Origin: Macrostomum lignano
Taxonomy: Eukaryota
Reading direction: 5' to 3'
Length of the DNA stretch: 64,000 bases
Assembly: GCA_002269645.1 (NCBI GenBank)
Contig: NIVC01000319.1
Span: 124,001 to 188,000, forward strand
Shown: positions 20,481 through 32,092 of the stretch, one piece after another
How the letters are laid out: every line of letters starts with the position of its first letter
Position numbering within the stretch: position 1 is the stretch's first letter
Made by a program: the position numbers and the translations under genes
Notes under the pieces: model-generated
Databases searched by the model: none
What the model was told of the DNA's origin: nothing
The model's input: the letters and a program-made list of their open reading frames with translations, nothing else

Positions 20481-21908
20481 CACCTACGGGATCAATCCAA
20501 TTGCTATACATCAAGTTCATACAATACTTGTCTTTTAATTCCTTACTTAAATACTTTTTGCTTCGTTAGTCGTTAAAGATCGTTTGAAGTTTCGTAGAAA
20601 AATTTAGGCGCTTTTTCAAATACCATATTATTGCAAAACGATCGTACTAAGTGGTTATGCATAAATAAATATTTCAAATTCTACTCTTGTCTTGATTTAA
20701 TATTGAATACATTGAAATATATTGTCCAAACAGGCTTCTTGCCTGAGCCAAACTTACTACTACTACTACTAAAAATTGAATTTGAAGTTATAAATATAGA
20801 ATAAAGTAAATGGTTAGTAATTAATTTCAAGCCGCTAACCCAGAGATTCTAATATACACAATAATTTCAATAATTTGGCATTAGAAACTGTATCTGGTGC
20901 ATGTATGTGGCGCACCGGGAAATTAAAATAAATCGGTTAAAATATTTTTTAAACACACACACACACACATGCATATGGTATGGCTATGCTGTGGTGGATA
21001 GTTTTTTGTCTTTCCTTCTCTAAAGTTTGTTTGCATTTTTGGAGCATATCAATTAATACACTGCCATTCTCATTTGTTACTGAAGATGAAGTTTCTGTTA
21101 CCCACCTCGACTGTTATTTATCCATATCCACTGCACTTGCTTAATCAGGTGCAAATAATAAGAAATCTGTCATAGACATAAGCCTGATGTTATGTTATAA
21201 CCATCCAACTATGCTAATGCCATTGAAGTAGGCCTAATAAAAAATTAATTGGAAAATTGTTTTTTTCTATTTTTAGAGTCACAAAAAACTTCTACATAGC
21301 ATAGGCCTAGACTAGGCTAGGTCTAACTGGTCATATAGGCGATATAGCTAAGTTTTTTTGTGGTAGGCCTATTGTATTATGGCATTTCCAAGGGTATATA
21401 TAGTATAATACTATAGTATAGGTCCCATGAGAACAGATGTCCCTGATGAAATTTTGCCAGTTGACAATAGCATTGTAGCCGCGTATTCTTGAGTTTGAAT
21501 TTCCGGGGACTTCTTTAGCCAGAGAACTCTTGATTTATTTGCATTCCAGCTTGCTTGATTATATAGACTGACTGCGATAAGGGAGGGAAGGGTGAAAAAC
21601 GTAGCTTAGAAAATCCTAACCAATCGGATTTCGCCAATAGGGTAGGCACTAAGCCTTTATTGGTTGAGGCTCGTTATTCATGTATTTACAGGTACAGCCA
21701 ATCAAAAACGAAAAGAAATTTCGCAAAAGGCTAGGCCTATATGCAGGGGTAGGGTGACACAGAAAGAAATATGGAGAAAACAACCAAAAACATTAGAAAT
21801 GCACATGCACGCAAATTGAGCACTATTACAGCATTATGACTGATGTTGCATTGTCATTGACACTCACCCTGCTTTGCTTCTGTAGCCTACCACCAAATGA
21901 GATCTAGC

Positions 21909-23208
21909 TAGGCATTCTGGTGAGGTTTTTGAAGTTTCAAGATTAGCAAATATTTTGCTTTTCTTTGATTGAGCATACAAGTATGAGTAAAAAGACACCT
22001 CACTTTTGAATTTTGGTCAAGTAATGAAAAAGTTATAGCATTTTTAGTATCACATTTTTTGACACTTCCGTAATGCATTTTTCCCATAAGGTACTGTGAT
22101 CATTTTTCTTCAAAATGTCTGATTTTCCGAGTTATAGATAATATAGCTTTTGAACTATCCAATGCATTTTTATGCCTAATATGTCATTTTTTAGCATTTT
22201 TCTTGTAGATTTTTTGAATTAATACTTTGCAAAATACAATTGATAGTTTTTCTTCTATTCTCAAAATAATGAGGTGACGTAAATGAAATTTTAATCCTCA
22301 GACCACAATTATTCCATTTTTATCCTTATATAGATCATCCAAGTGCAATACCCAGCAGATCTAGCTGTCTGGCAAGGGGCCTAGCCAAGATAAGTTGCAA
22401 AAATGCCCATCTAATTAGTACTTTAAATTAGGAAACAAGTACTAATTAGATGACGAGGTATTTACTCCTGCTGTTTACCCAAAACATTGGTACTATTATT
22501 GGAGTTGTGGTAAGATCTAGCAATGAGATCATTGTTTCCTCGTGTTTGTATGCCATTTTGGATGAATAAAACAGAAGAAAAAAGAAGAAAAAGAAAGTCC
22601 ATTTGCTTCTAAAAGGGTAGTCTGAAATGCAACTAGGCTAGGGTTTACTTTGAATCAGTCGCGCGTTGTTGCGCGTTAAGATAGCTCCAAAATTATTTTT
22701 GCATCTTATTCACCATGAAATCCTACGTAAAAAACATCGTGTCACCACCCTGTCACCAGTCTTGTTTCGAGTCAAAAATTTTAGTTAAAGACTTTGGACT
22801 AATATTTATAGAAGAAAAATATCTCAATTTTCTTTGCATTGCAGAAGAAATATATTCCGTAACTATTAATCTTTGTTTTACTGAAAACCGCTTATCAAAA
22901 AAAGCACTCGTTTTGATGCAATTCAAATTTCTGTCAGTCACTTAATTTTCCCGTGTTGTCACAGTTTCCAAAGCATGGTGAATTTGTTTGTTTTTCAAAT
23001 TACCGTAGCTTCACTATTTGACATTGTAGGAACCTCCAAGTAGTCTCAAATTAAAGCTTAAATCTCTCTCTTCAGGACATATATTTCCGTTTTTCTTAAC
23101 TCTCTTGGTTTTCTAGTTTTTTTATCATATGAAGTTGGTATCATTTAGCTCTTTTTAGCAGATTTTGCTCGGCACGCACAGGTCACGTGACCCTCACCAG
23201 AATGCCTA
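21909..23208. mobile_element. Non-autonomous DNA transposon with 17-bp TIRs and a 7-bp TSD
   Basis: TAGGCATTCTGGTGAGG (21909-21925) and CCTCACCAGAATGCCTA (23192-23208); ATCTAGC on both flanks (21902-21908, 23209-23215); no coding capacity seen. Confidence 0.8.
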
Positions 23209-23664
23209 ATCTAGCTGCTGCAGCAACAAGATAACTAGCTTCAAAAAATGAGTTTTTCTAAATTGACACCTAGGCATAATAGCTGGTGCATGCCCATGCC
23301 AGTCCATCCAAGAATTGGTCACCTATACACCATTGCAATTGCATTTGTGGTGCCATTATATTGCTAGTGCCACCTCCAGGGCAAGTCAAGCAAGACTGTT
23401 AGTTTGTAATAAATAAGATGGTATGTTCTATACTGCCATCCAGTTGATAATGTCTCAAGGTGTTGTTGTGATAGTGGCAAGCTCCCACATTGTAAAATTA
23501 ATGTTGCACAGCTCCAGTATAAGATGCACTTGCCCAGGGGGTATTATAAATGTAGGTGCTATAGGGCAACTAGCCATGTTGTTGAATATAATTGTATGTT
23601 TTCAGCAGTAGCTGACTAAAAACTTAAGAAGACTTATAAATTATTTTCTTCATATCCCTTTCTA

Positions 23665-24709
23665 CAAGGGGTGTCCCAAAAGTTCCCGGAATGTCTAACG
23701 TAGCTCTTCAATAGAGCCATGATGTTTCACGCCCTTGGTGTCAAATGAAAGGAAGTTTTGTCACGAAGAAAATGAAGTTAAAAGCATGTTGATATCTGTT
23801 TTTATTCAGGAGCTGCAGCAAGAAACGTGCGCAAAGGTCAGGGGTACTGTTACACAACCTCAAAAATCTATGGCAATGATTTTAAACAATAAAACACAGA
23901 AAAAACAGTTCATACCGTTGATGAATCCTTGGGACATGCACCGATTCAAAATTCAAAGCAAATCGTCAAGCTCAGCCTGCGGCTTCTCCACGTAGTCCCC
24001 ATTCAGCTGAATACACCTCTGCCACTTTGAAAGCATGCCGTCGATGGCCTGGGCAAAAACAGTTCGAGGCATTTCATGATGCAGGATGGCGCGACGAGTG
24101 AAGCCTTCAAGTTCACTGCAGTTCTGGAACACCGGCTACAAATTTTCTGGACCGTCTCTAAAGCGTTCGATCCATTTGTAAATGGCAGTTTTTTTCAGGC
24201 TGTTCTCACCGTGGATGGAGAATAAGTGGTCAGAAATCTTGGCTCCACTCTATCCTACTGACCAAAGGACAAAAACTTGACTTCGCTGACTTTCGAGGCT
24301 CTGAAGAGAACCCAATTTGGCAAAGAGATTTCAAGTTGAAAGCAAGCGCTTGGTAAGAATTATCTGCACTCGCGCAAAAGCTCAGATTAGCTTAATGAGC
24401 ATTTCTGCTTTTTTCCATAGACACTACCACGTCTTTCTGAGACGTTAGTAGCACGAATTCAAAATGAAAATATCCAAAAACAAAGATGAAAAAATTATTT
24501 TCAGTGATATGTGAGGTTGTGTAACAGTACCCCTGACCTTTGCGCACGTTTCTTGCTGCAGCTCCTGAATAAAAACAGATATCAACATGCTTTTAACTTC
24601 ATTTTCTTCGTGACAAAACTTCCTTTCATTTGACACCAAGGGCGTGAAACATCATGGCTCCGTTGAAGAGCTACGTTAGACATTCCGGGAACTTTTGGGA
24701 CACCCCTCG
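23665..24709 (-). mobile_element. Tc1/mariner derivative with about 198-bp TIRs, TA TSD and a transposase remnant
   Basis: Near-identical inverted repeats 23665-23862 and 24512-24709; TA at 23663-64 and 24710-11; the minus strand carries the mariner-type C-terminus IDGMLSKWQRCIQLNGDYVE. Confidence 0.9.
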
Positions 24710-25824
24710 TAGTTTTCTAGTGATATCCCTGCAGTTTTAACCATAGACAATTGCTAAAAGACAGTTGTTGCTTCACTTTCTTACATGCCTTGGCATAATT
24801 TCAATTTCATGTTTTTCTAAATGCTAGGCCTATAAAGGTTTCCATGACATACTGTTATCATTTTTTGTCATTTTAAGTTTGTACTGTTTGTATTCAAACA
24901 AAAAATTAATTTAATGAACAAAAAAGGAAAATTACCCTTGATGTATATATTATTGCCTTTTTTGGACTAAATAGGTATACTAGGCCTAGCCTAATATTTA
25001 TTAGGGCCTCAGGGTAAGAAATATAAAAATTCTTTTTAGGTATTTTTTAAAACTGTATATGCCATTGTGACTAGATCATGCTGGGTGCATACCCAAACCA
25101 AAATTGAATAATTACAAATTAAGTGCATGCCATAAAATTGAGTGCATGCCTATTCTCAAATACCACATGATCCAGAGTGTGGTTTATATGAAAAAAAACT
25201 ATAAAAAGTTGCTTATAAAATTGAAATACCAAAAATGTCACAGTCATACATGTGCAACCTTAGTTCAGTTGGCGGTGCAACTTAGTTTTAACAAAAATGC
25301 AACGTAGTTTTTGGCCAAAATGTGACTTACATATAAAAAACCCTAAAGCAAAATTAATGCAACTTTGGGTAAATGGCAAGAGTAACTTAACTGTCTTATT
25401 AACCCAAAATGCCTCGTCAGCTACTTAGTACTACTACTTGGGTGTTTTTTAGGTGGGCATTTTTGTGACTTCCTTGGTTGGCTGCCAAATCGGCCGACTG
25501 TTGCGCATGTATGGTCACAGTTCAAGATAAAAAACTTGCACAAAAATTATATGCTTTTTATTTCAAAATTAGAGTTCTATTGTATCTATGGATATGGATA
25601 CAAAATCTATAAATATATTTTTTTGGCTTCCCAGTTTTAGTTTAGTGATGAAAAAAAGCCATCCACATATTTTATGCTCTATTATATGTTCAGTTGTTTT
25701 GGAATTCATAAGCAGCTATATGAAAAATATAGAACTAGAAGTTTGACATAGATTGCTTTTAATAATATATGAAATGTATAAATGTTTAATTGCATCTTAA
25801 TACATGTATTAACCTAGCTATGTG

Positions 25825-26167
25825 CAGTGGCGTAGCTAAGGAGGGGGGCTGGGGAGGGCCACAGCCCTCCCCCAATCGCCTAGGGGGAGGTAGGGTTGGG
25901 TGCGGTAGGTACCAAATTGTATTATTAGTGAGGTTGCTGCCAAACCATTGAATAGGTTCCTGGCTAGACTGCTCGTGTTTGTCACCATGCGTGCAATAAG
26001 GCAATTAAGTGCCTGCAATGCTAAAATGAGTGCCTGTGGTGCCAAAATGAGTGCCTGCGGCACTAAAATAAGTGCCTGCAATGCCAAAAGTGGCAATGTC
26101 ATAATGCATGGCCAGCCAGGCCAACCTGCCCTCCCCCCCCCAATTGAAATTCCTGGCTTTACCACTA
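25825..26167. mobile_element. hAT-like MITE carrying a captured host exon fragment
   Basis: CAGTGGCGTAGC start and a degenerate GGCTTTACCACTA end; 8-bp TSD GCTATGTG/GCTGTGTG (one mismatch); 25921-25997 matches 27309-27385. Confidence 0.8.
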
Positions 26168-27050
26168 GCTGTGTGTACCACTTTCAACCTTCTCAATCTC
26201 ACCTATGCATCTATAGTAGCCATTAGCCATTAGTGCTAATTAGCCATCATATATATATTCACCTTCAATTAACCTTTAATTGACCTTTAATTAATGCATA
26301 AACAACTATATATATATACTTGCATGCCGCAATTCACTGAAATTGTTTACTTTTTACAAGCTTTTGACACTTAGATACTCTGAAAGATTTTCTCCTAGCG
26401 TAACACAAAACTAAAAAAATCTCTAAGAAGCTTGCACAATGCAATAATAGATATAGCAACTTATCTGCAAGTAAATAGAAAAATGGAAATAGAAAGCTAT
26501 ATAAACTTTTTGTGGTTATGGATATAGATACAGATATGGATAAGGCTACAAGAACTTTTTGTAGATATAGATATAGGAAATTTTAAGATATGATGGAACT
26601 CTATCCAAAATTTTCATTTGCAAAGATTTTATCTTAACAAATGAACCATTTTCTTTTGAACTAATAATAGTAAACAAACTATAGATATATATTTGTTAAG
26701 ATAAAAAGGGGTGAATAGGAACTATAATATTGTATATTTGTAGGGACTTTACTAATGGTCTTATAATTTGCTAATATATATTATTGAAATAAAAGTAGTT
26801 TCTAATAAAATAGAAGACTTTTTATGACCAAAAAACCTTGCTACATTTGCATCGTAGTTAAATATAAATTAAAAAGTAAATATAAACAAGAAAGAAAAGG
26901 AAAGGATTAATTAGTTAGCCACTACAATGCCCAGAGTTCAGCATTCTGGCACTATACTTGCATTAGTGTAAACTTAACTTGATCATTGCACTAGAAGTAT
27001 ATACTTAGCAGTCTAGCCACCTTTCCCTGTCTACCCCATGCCGCAATCGC

Positions 27051-30000
27051 ATGGCAACCAAGGGTGGAGACAGCCAGATGTACAAGTTTTCCATCCTGGC
27101 GCCAGAAGTTTACTGCCAGGCAATAAAATCTGCAGAGCCCGTGAAGCAAGATGATGCTGCTTACAGATTTGGTCTGTTTCTCAAGCAGTGGGCTGAAGAA
27201 GTCTTTGGCATGAGCTGCTTTGTACCATCAAGTTCTGGTGCAGCTTTTATTGAGAATTTCAACACTTTTGAGAGCGACTTTCTTGCAAAGTCAGAATATT
27301 GCATCATCATTATTAGTGAGGTTGCTGCCAAACCGTTGAATAGGTTCCTGGCTAGACTGCTCGTGTTTGTCACCATGCGTGCAATGTGGCGCAGTCGCTT
27401 CATCTTTATTGCGCTGGGCGAGTTCGAAGGCTTAAAGAAGTTGCACTTGGACGTTTCCGTGCACGATCTAATTATCTTTAAATCTCGCACCGAGGAGGGA
27501 TGGATGGTGGAGACTGAGTGCTGGAAGGCTCTCTACTTCATACTCAACATTTCCTGGGCATCCTTAGGCGACTCGAATGGGACAGCAGAGAATTCTAATG
27601 GCGCTCAGTCAAGCGAGATTACTGAATCAACCGACCAGCTTGACAAAGCCTTCAAGCTGATTCTGATGACTTCGAGGAGTTACTCGAAAGAGTCTAATGA
27701 TGACGGTCGGGGCGAAGCATTTGCTCAGTTTTTGCAGCAAAAATCTGAAAGCGAGTTTAGTATGTCCTGCAAGATACCAAGCTCATCTGGTAGCGCTTTT
27801 ATCACCGATTTTAACAAGTTTGAGAATGAGTTTCTGCGCGTAAGTGAGTATTGCTTGATTGTCGTGTCAGAGGAGTCCGTGCGCCGCTTCCGCATCTTCT
27901 TACCGCGCCTTCTGGTGTTTTTGACCAGGCGAAGTGTGTGGAGCAACCGCTTCATAATTGCATGCGTTGGTAATGTTGATCTACGCGAGTCCGAGGTTGA
28001 CTTTCTGACCCATCCTCCTGTATATTTTACATCCACTGAGGCTGAGTCTTGGTCAACGGAGGTTCAATCCTGGCAAATTTTGTATCGCATCCTGCGCATA
28101 ACGTGGGCGCCGACTGATGCCGAGAGTCAGCTTGCAAAAATTTCTTTCGATGCCGATCAATTCTACCACACTGTGGTTTTTACGTCGATTTTTTATTCGA
28201 CATCTGCCGAAGAGCAACCGGACGATTGCACCGGTTGGCAGTTTGCCTCTTATTTTTCCACGAAAATGAGCAACGAGTACAAGCTCATGGTTTATGTACT
28301 GACTGCTAGAGATGCCGTACAGGTTGAAACTCTGGATGAACTAGAGATAAAGTACTTACAAAAGTGCGGAAATCTGGTTTTTATCGTGACTGAAGAGTCA
28401 GTAGTGCAGTTCACTCAGTTTCTAACCCGTCTGCAGCAGTTCCTATCTAGACGCGTTCAGTGGCGCAATCGACTCACGCTGGTTTGCGTAGGCAACGTGC
28501 AGTTGGATGAGAGCCATTTAGCTTTGTTTGGCTCTTCTGTAATTACCATCTACTCATCTGAGCGCTCCAGCTGGACAAGTATCGAGTCGAGCACTTGGAC
28601 CACAATTGTGACTTTAGTGCGTCAGAATGAGATCATTACTCAGGAGGAACTCGTTGAGCAGGCCACTTCACTGCCTGTCAACGCATCAAGTGTAAGCAAC
28701 ATAGACGGTGCAACGAAGTCTTTGGACGTTAAAAGCACTAGCCAAACCGTTGTCACGGGAGGAAACTCGAGGAATGCAACAGAAACATCATCGTCATCGA
28801 CTCTCACAACTACAACAACTCGCACCACCAACACAACCCACACGACCTCTTCAATAGACGTTACGGATTCCTCTACGCAGGAAAAGCAAGAGCAGGAACG
28901 TCAGAAGCTGGAACAAGAACGGCAGGATCATGAGCGTCTGAAGAAGCAGGAGCGTCAGAAGCGGGAGCAGGAGCGTCAGGAACAGGAGCGTCAGACGCGG
29001 GAGCAGGAGCGTCAGAAACAGGAGCGTCAGAAGCGGGAGCAGGAGCGTCAGGAACAAGAGCGTCAGACGCGGGAGCACGAGCGTCAGGAACAGGAGCGTC
29101 AGGAACAAGAGCGTCAGGAACAAGAGCGTCAGAAGCGGGAGCAGGAGCGTCAGGAACAAGAGCGTCAGAAGCGGGAGCAGGATCGTCAGAAGCGGGAGCG
29201 TCAGGAACAAGAGCGTCAGAAGCGGGAGCAGGAGCGTCAGGAACAAGAGCGTCAGAAGCGGGAGCAGGAGCGTCAAGAGCAAGAGCGTCAGAAGCGGGAG
29301 CAGGAGCGTCAGGAACAAGAGCGTCAGAAGCGGGAGCAGGAGCGTCAGGAACAAGAGCGTCAGAAGCGGGAGCGGGAGCGTCAGGAACAAGAGCGTCAGG
29401 AGCAGGAGCGTCAAGAACAAGAGCGTCAGAAGCGGGAGCAGGAGCGTCAGGAACAAGAGCGTCAGAAGCGGGAGCAGGAGCGTCAGGAACAAGAGCGTCA
29501 GAAGCAGGAGCAGGAGCGTCAAGAACAAGAGCGTCAGAAGCGGGAGCAGGAGCGTCAGGAACAAGAGCGTCAAAAGAAGGAACAGGAGCGTCTTGAGCAG
29601 CAACAGCAACAAAGCCAGACACATTCGCAAACTAGCTGGACGACTACTACTGTAACTAAAACTACAACAAAGACAACTAAAAATCAGGAAAAGCTGAACG
29701 TATCTAACGTTCCTAATGTTGATGATGTTTCTCGCCATTCCGGTGAAGACAGCAGCAGTGAATCGGATGATAGTAATCGCAAAGGCGAAATTGGTGACTC
29801 CCGACGCACCAGTGGTCGCTCATCCTTGGTTGTTCGAGTTATGCGAGTAATTCACACTCGCATTGTGCGCATCACGATCTTGATTCATTCCACCACCGTA
29901 GTCACGATCACGCGCATTGTGACTTTGATTGGCGCTCCGGTCAGAATGGTTCGCTACACTGCGCTCTACGCCAGCCAGCAGAGTTGGCTGCTCCGGATCT

Positions 30001-30494
30001 TGACTATTATTCGTCGGGTTTTGCGCCTGACAAGCGAGACAATTGGCTACGTTTCTGGCAGTCGCATTGCCATCACGAGCGGTGGCGACCGCGATGATGA
30101 CGTCCTGATTGGCGACTCCGATCGGCGCAGCCGATATCTCCTGCTTCCAGCCTGGCTAGTGCGCTTTGTATTCTACGCGTCCGGCCGCTTCATCGCCTGT
30201 CGGACCGAGGCCGAGGCCAAGGCTAAGCTGACCCAGCAGGTCAAAGGTGGCGGCGGCGCTGAGGTCCCAGATGCTACTGGCGTTTCAGCAATACAGACTG
30301 TCACCGATTGGCGCGATGAGAACTGCGCAATGTGTCATCAACTGGTTGTTGACGGTCTGGCCCGCGTGAGAGGCGTCGGGGAAGGCTGCCCTTACACCGG
30401 CATAAACTTCTGGGCGACGATGACCAGTAAGGCTGCAAAGTCTCTTGTGCATGTTTTTAGTCTGTTGATTCTTGCCCATGGTCAAGTTGGTTGA
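27051..30494 (+). CDS. Intronless 1147-aa protein: three tandem TIR/SEFIR-like alpha/beta domains, Thr-rich linker, QERQ-repeat coiled coil, hydrophobic/basic C-terminus
   Basis: Long open frame; three mutually similar blocks of about 155 aa (aa 11-170, 201-352, 372-525) with SEYC(I/L)IxxSE, FLxRL, WxxR and a final W-x-x-W helix. The TIR assignment is an inference from the pattern. Confidence 0.75.
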   Translation: MATKGGDSQMYKFSILAPEVYCQAIKSAEPVKQDDAAYRFGLFLKQWAEEVFGMSCFVPSSSGAAFIENFNTFESDFLAKSEYCIIIISEVAAKPLNRFLARLLVFVTMRAMWRSRFIFIALGEFEGLKKLHLDVSVHDLIIFKSRTEEGWMVETECWKALYFILNISWASLGDSNGTAENSNGAQSSEITESTDQLDKAFKLILMTSRSYSKESNDDGRGEAFAQFLQQKSESEFSMSCKIPSSSGSAFITDFNKFENEFLRVSEYCLIVVSEESVRRFRIFLPRLLVFLTRRSVWSNRFIIACVGNVDLRESEVDFLTHPPVYFTSTEAESWSTEVQSWQILYRILRITWAPTDAESQLAKISFDADQFYHTVVFTSIFYSTSAEEQPDDCTGWQFASYFSTKMSNEYKLMVYVLTARDAVQVETLDELEIKYLQKCGNLVFIVTEESVVQFTQFLTRLQQFLSRRVQWRNRLTLVCVGNVQLDESHLALFGSSVITIYSSERSSWTSIESSTWTTIVTLVRQNEIITQEELVEQATSLPVNASSVSNIDGATKSLDVKSTSQTVVTGGNSRNATETSSSSTLTTTTTRTTNTTHTTSSIDVTDSSTQEKQEQERQKLEQERQDHERLKKQERQKREQERQEQERQTREQERQKQERQKREQERQEQERQTREHERQEQERQEQERQEQERQKREQERQEQERQKREQDRQKRERQEQERQKREQERQEQERQKREQERQEQERQKREQERQEQERQKREQERQEQERQKRERERQEQERQEQERQEQERQKREQERQEQERQKREQERQEQERQKQEQERQEQERQKREQERQEQERQKKEQERLEQQQQQSQTHSQTSWTTTTVTKTTTKTTKNQEKLNVSNVPNVDDVSRHSGEDSSSESDDSNRKGEIGDSRRTSGRSSLVVRVMRVIHTRIVRITILIHSTTVVTITRIVTLIGAPVRMVRYTALYASQQSWLLRILTIIRRVLRLTSETIGYVSGSRIAITSGGDRDDDVLIGDSDRRSRYLLLPAWLVRFVFYASGRFIACRTEAEAKAKLTQQVKGGGGAEVPDATGVSAIQTVTDWRDENCAMCHQLVVDGLARVRGVGEGCPYTGINFWATMTSKAAKSLVHVFSLLILAHGQVG
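28880..29600 (+). repeat. Coding 15/21-bp repeat (QERQE / QERQKRE)
   Basis: CAGGAGCGTCAG... units in frame within the 1147-aa ORF. Confidence 0.95.
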
Positions 30495-30585
30495 TTTGTT
30501 AGTTATAGGGTAGCGCTTGTCGGGCTGATTGAGGTGGGCAGCAGAGTGCATGGATTAAATAATAGACGGGTGAATCGCTTCATGC

Positions 30586-31289
30586 ATGGCAGAGCAGCTT
30601 AGCAGCAAACGCGTCTTGCTCATGGAGGAAGGAGCGACATGGAATGGTAACCTGAGCTAGTTATTTTTGTCTTGCGCAAACTGTAGTTTCAGTACCCTTT
30701 GTTCCCTCCGAGGTCTACCTTTCCTCCAAGAGTTTGTTTATAAAGAAAACGGAAGAAAATATTGCGTTTAGATTATCACCTAGAAAACTTGCAATTAGCT
30801 TTGGCCAAAACTCACTTACTTGGATGAGTTACAGAGGCTGGCTATGCAATTCCGAGTGAACATCTTGAATTAGAACTGAACTCTTGAGCCCTGCTGCTCC
30901 TGAACCTCATCGCAGGGCGGGCCTATTACTGGTCTGACGTCATCAGCGACCGGCTGCACGTGTACTCCCGCCGCCGGGCCGTCGCTCACGGCTTCCTCTG
31001 CGTGCCGTTCCTGGCCGCCGGTCCGGGCCTGCTGTCCGGACTGCGGGCCGCCCTTGCCGGTGTGGCCAGCTCGGCCGTGTACATCGGCCAGGCCGAGCCG
31101 AGCAGCGGCGGTGCCACACTGGACGGCGGCTCGCCTGCCGGCGCCTCCGTTGGGCGCGGCTTGTCGGCTGCCGCAGTCGCGGCCGGCCCGGTTTGGATCA
31201 ACCCGCTGCTGTACAAGAAGGCGGCCACCGAGTCCGAGAGAGAGCTGTTCGCCGTCAGGTACAACCGGCGCTACTTCCAGATTGATTAG
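30586..31289 (+). CDS. Putative two-exon orphan gene (30586-30646, 30916-31289; 144 aa)
   Basis: ATG exon MAEQLSSKRVLLMEEGATWN with a phase-1 GTAAC donor matches the phase-1 CGCAG acceptor in front of a GC3-rich exon ending ...RYNRRYFQID; no family recognised. Confidence 0.55.
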
Positions 31290-31394
31290 CGCTAGCAGCT
31301 AGGCTGGGGGCTTTGGACCAATTGAAAATTCTGCTGTTAACTGGCTGGTGGGTTCGCGCTTTGGGTTTCTTAATTGTACTGAATAGAACCAATC

Positions 31395-31769
31395 ATAGTA
31401 CTGGACCGCATCATTGTGTTTCAGTATAACAGCTATAATAGTACTGGACCGCATCATTGTGTTTCAGTATAACAGCTTATAATATTACTGGACCGCATCA
31501 TTGTGTTTCAGTATAACAGCTTATAATAGTACTGGACCGCATCATTGTGTTTCAGTATAACAGCTATAATAGTACTGGACCGCATCATTGTGTTTCAGTA
31601 TAACAGCTTATAATATTACTGGACCGCATCATTGTGTTTCAGTATAACAGCTATAATAGTACTGGACCGCATCATTGTGTTTCAGTATAACAGCTATAAT
31701 AGTACTGGACCGCATCATTGTGTTTCAGTATAACAGCTTATAGTACTGGACCGCATCATTGTGTTTCAG
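31395..31769. repeat. 43-44-bp minisatellite
   Basis: ATAGTACTGGACCGCATCATTGTGTTTCAGTATAACAGCTATA, about 8-9 copies. Confidence 0.95.
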
Positions 31770-32092
31770 CTTCAATTAGATTTATTAGAATCGCAGTTCA
31801 GGTTAAGTTGAATCACAATGTGAAGTTTGTATCTGGACTTAATCCAGTATGTCCTCTTCAATTATAATTTTCACAATAAAGTTTTTTCGATGTAATTTTT
31901 TTAATCACCTAAAGTAGTACGAGTAGTCCAAAACATCCAATTAGCCGTAGCCGTGTTCACTCCAACCAAATGCTATTCGAAGCTCCTACTTGCAGTAGTA
32001 GTGCTTAACAGTGGCTCAATTTTTGGTAAAAATGCCTAAAAATCTCGCGTTCCCAAATTCCCAGATGAAGAGTGCCAGCCTCTTTAATCTTA

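Noticed and set aside
21610-21705. Cluster of four CCAAT boxes suggesting a promoter
   Set aside because: No transcript or gene start nearby to tie it to; a 5-mer cluster is weak evidence.
28851-29738. Leu-rich and DAPAPAS ORFs on the minus strand
   Set aside because: Antisense shadows of the QERQ coding repeat.
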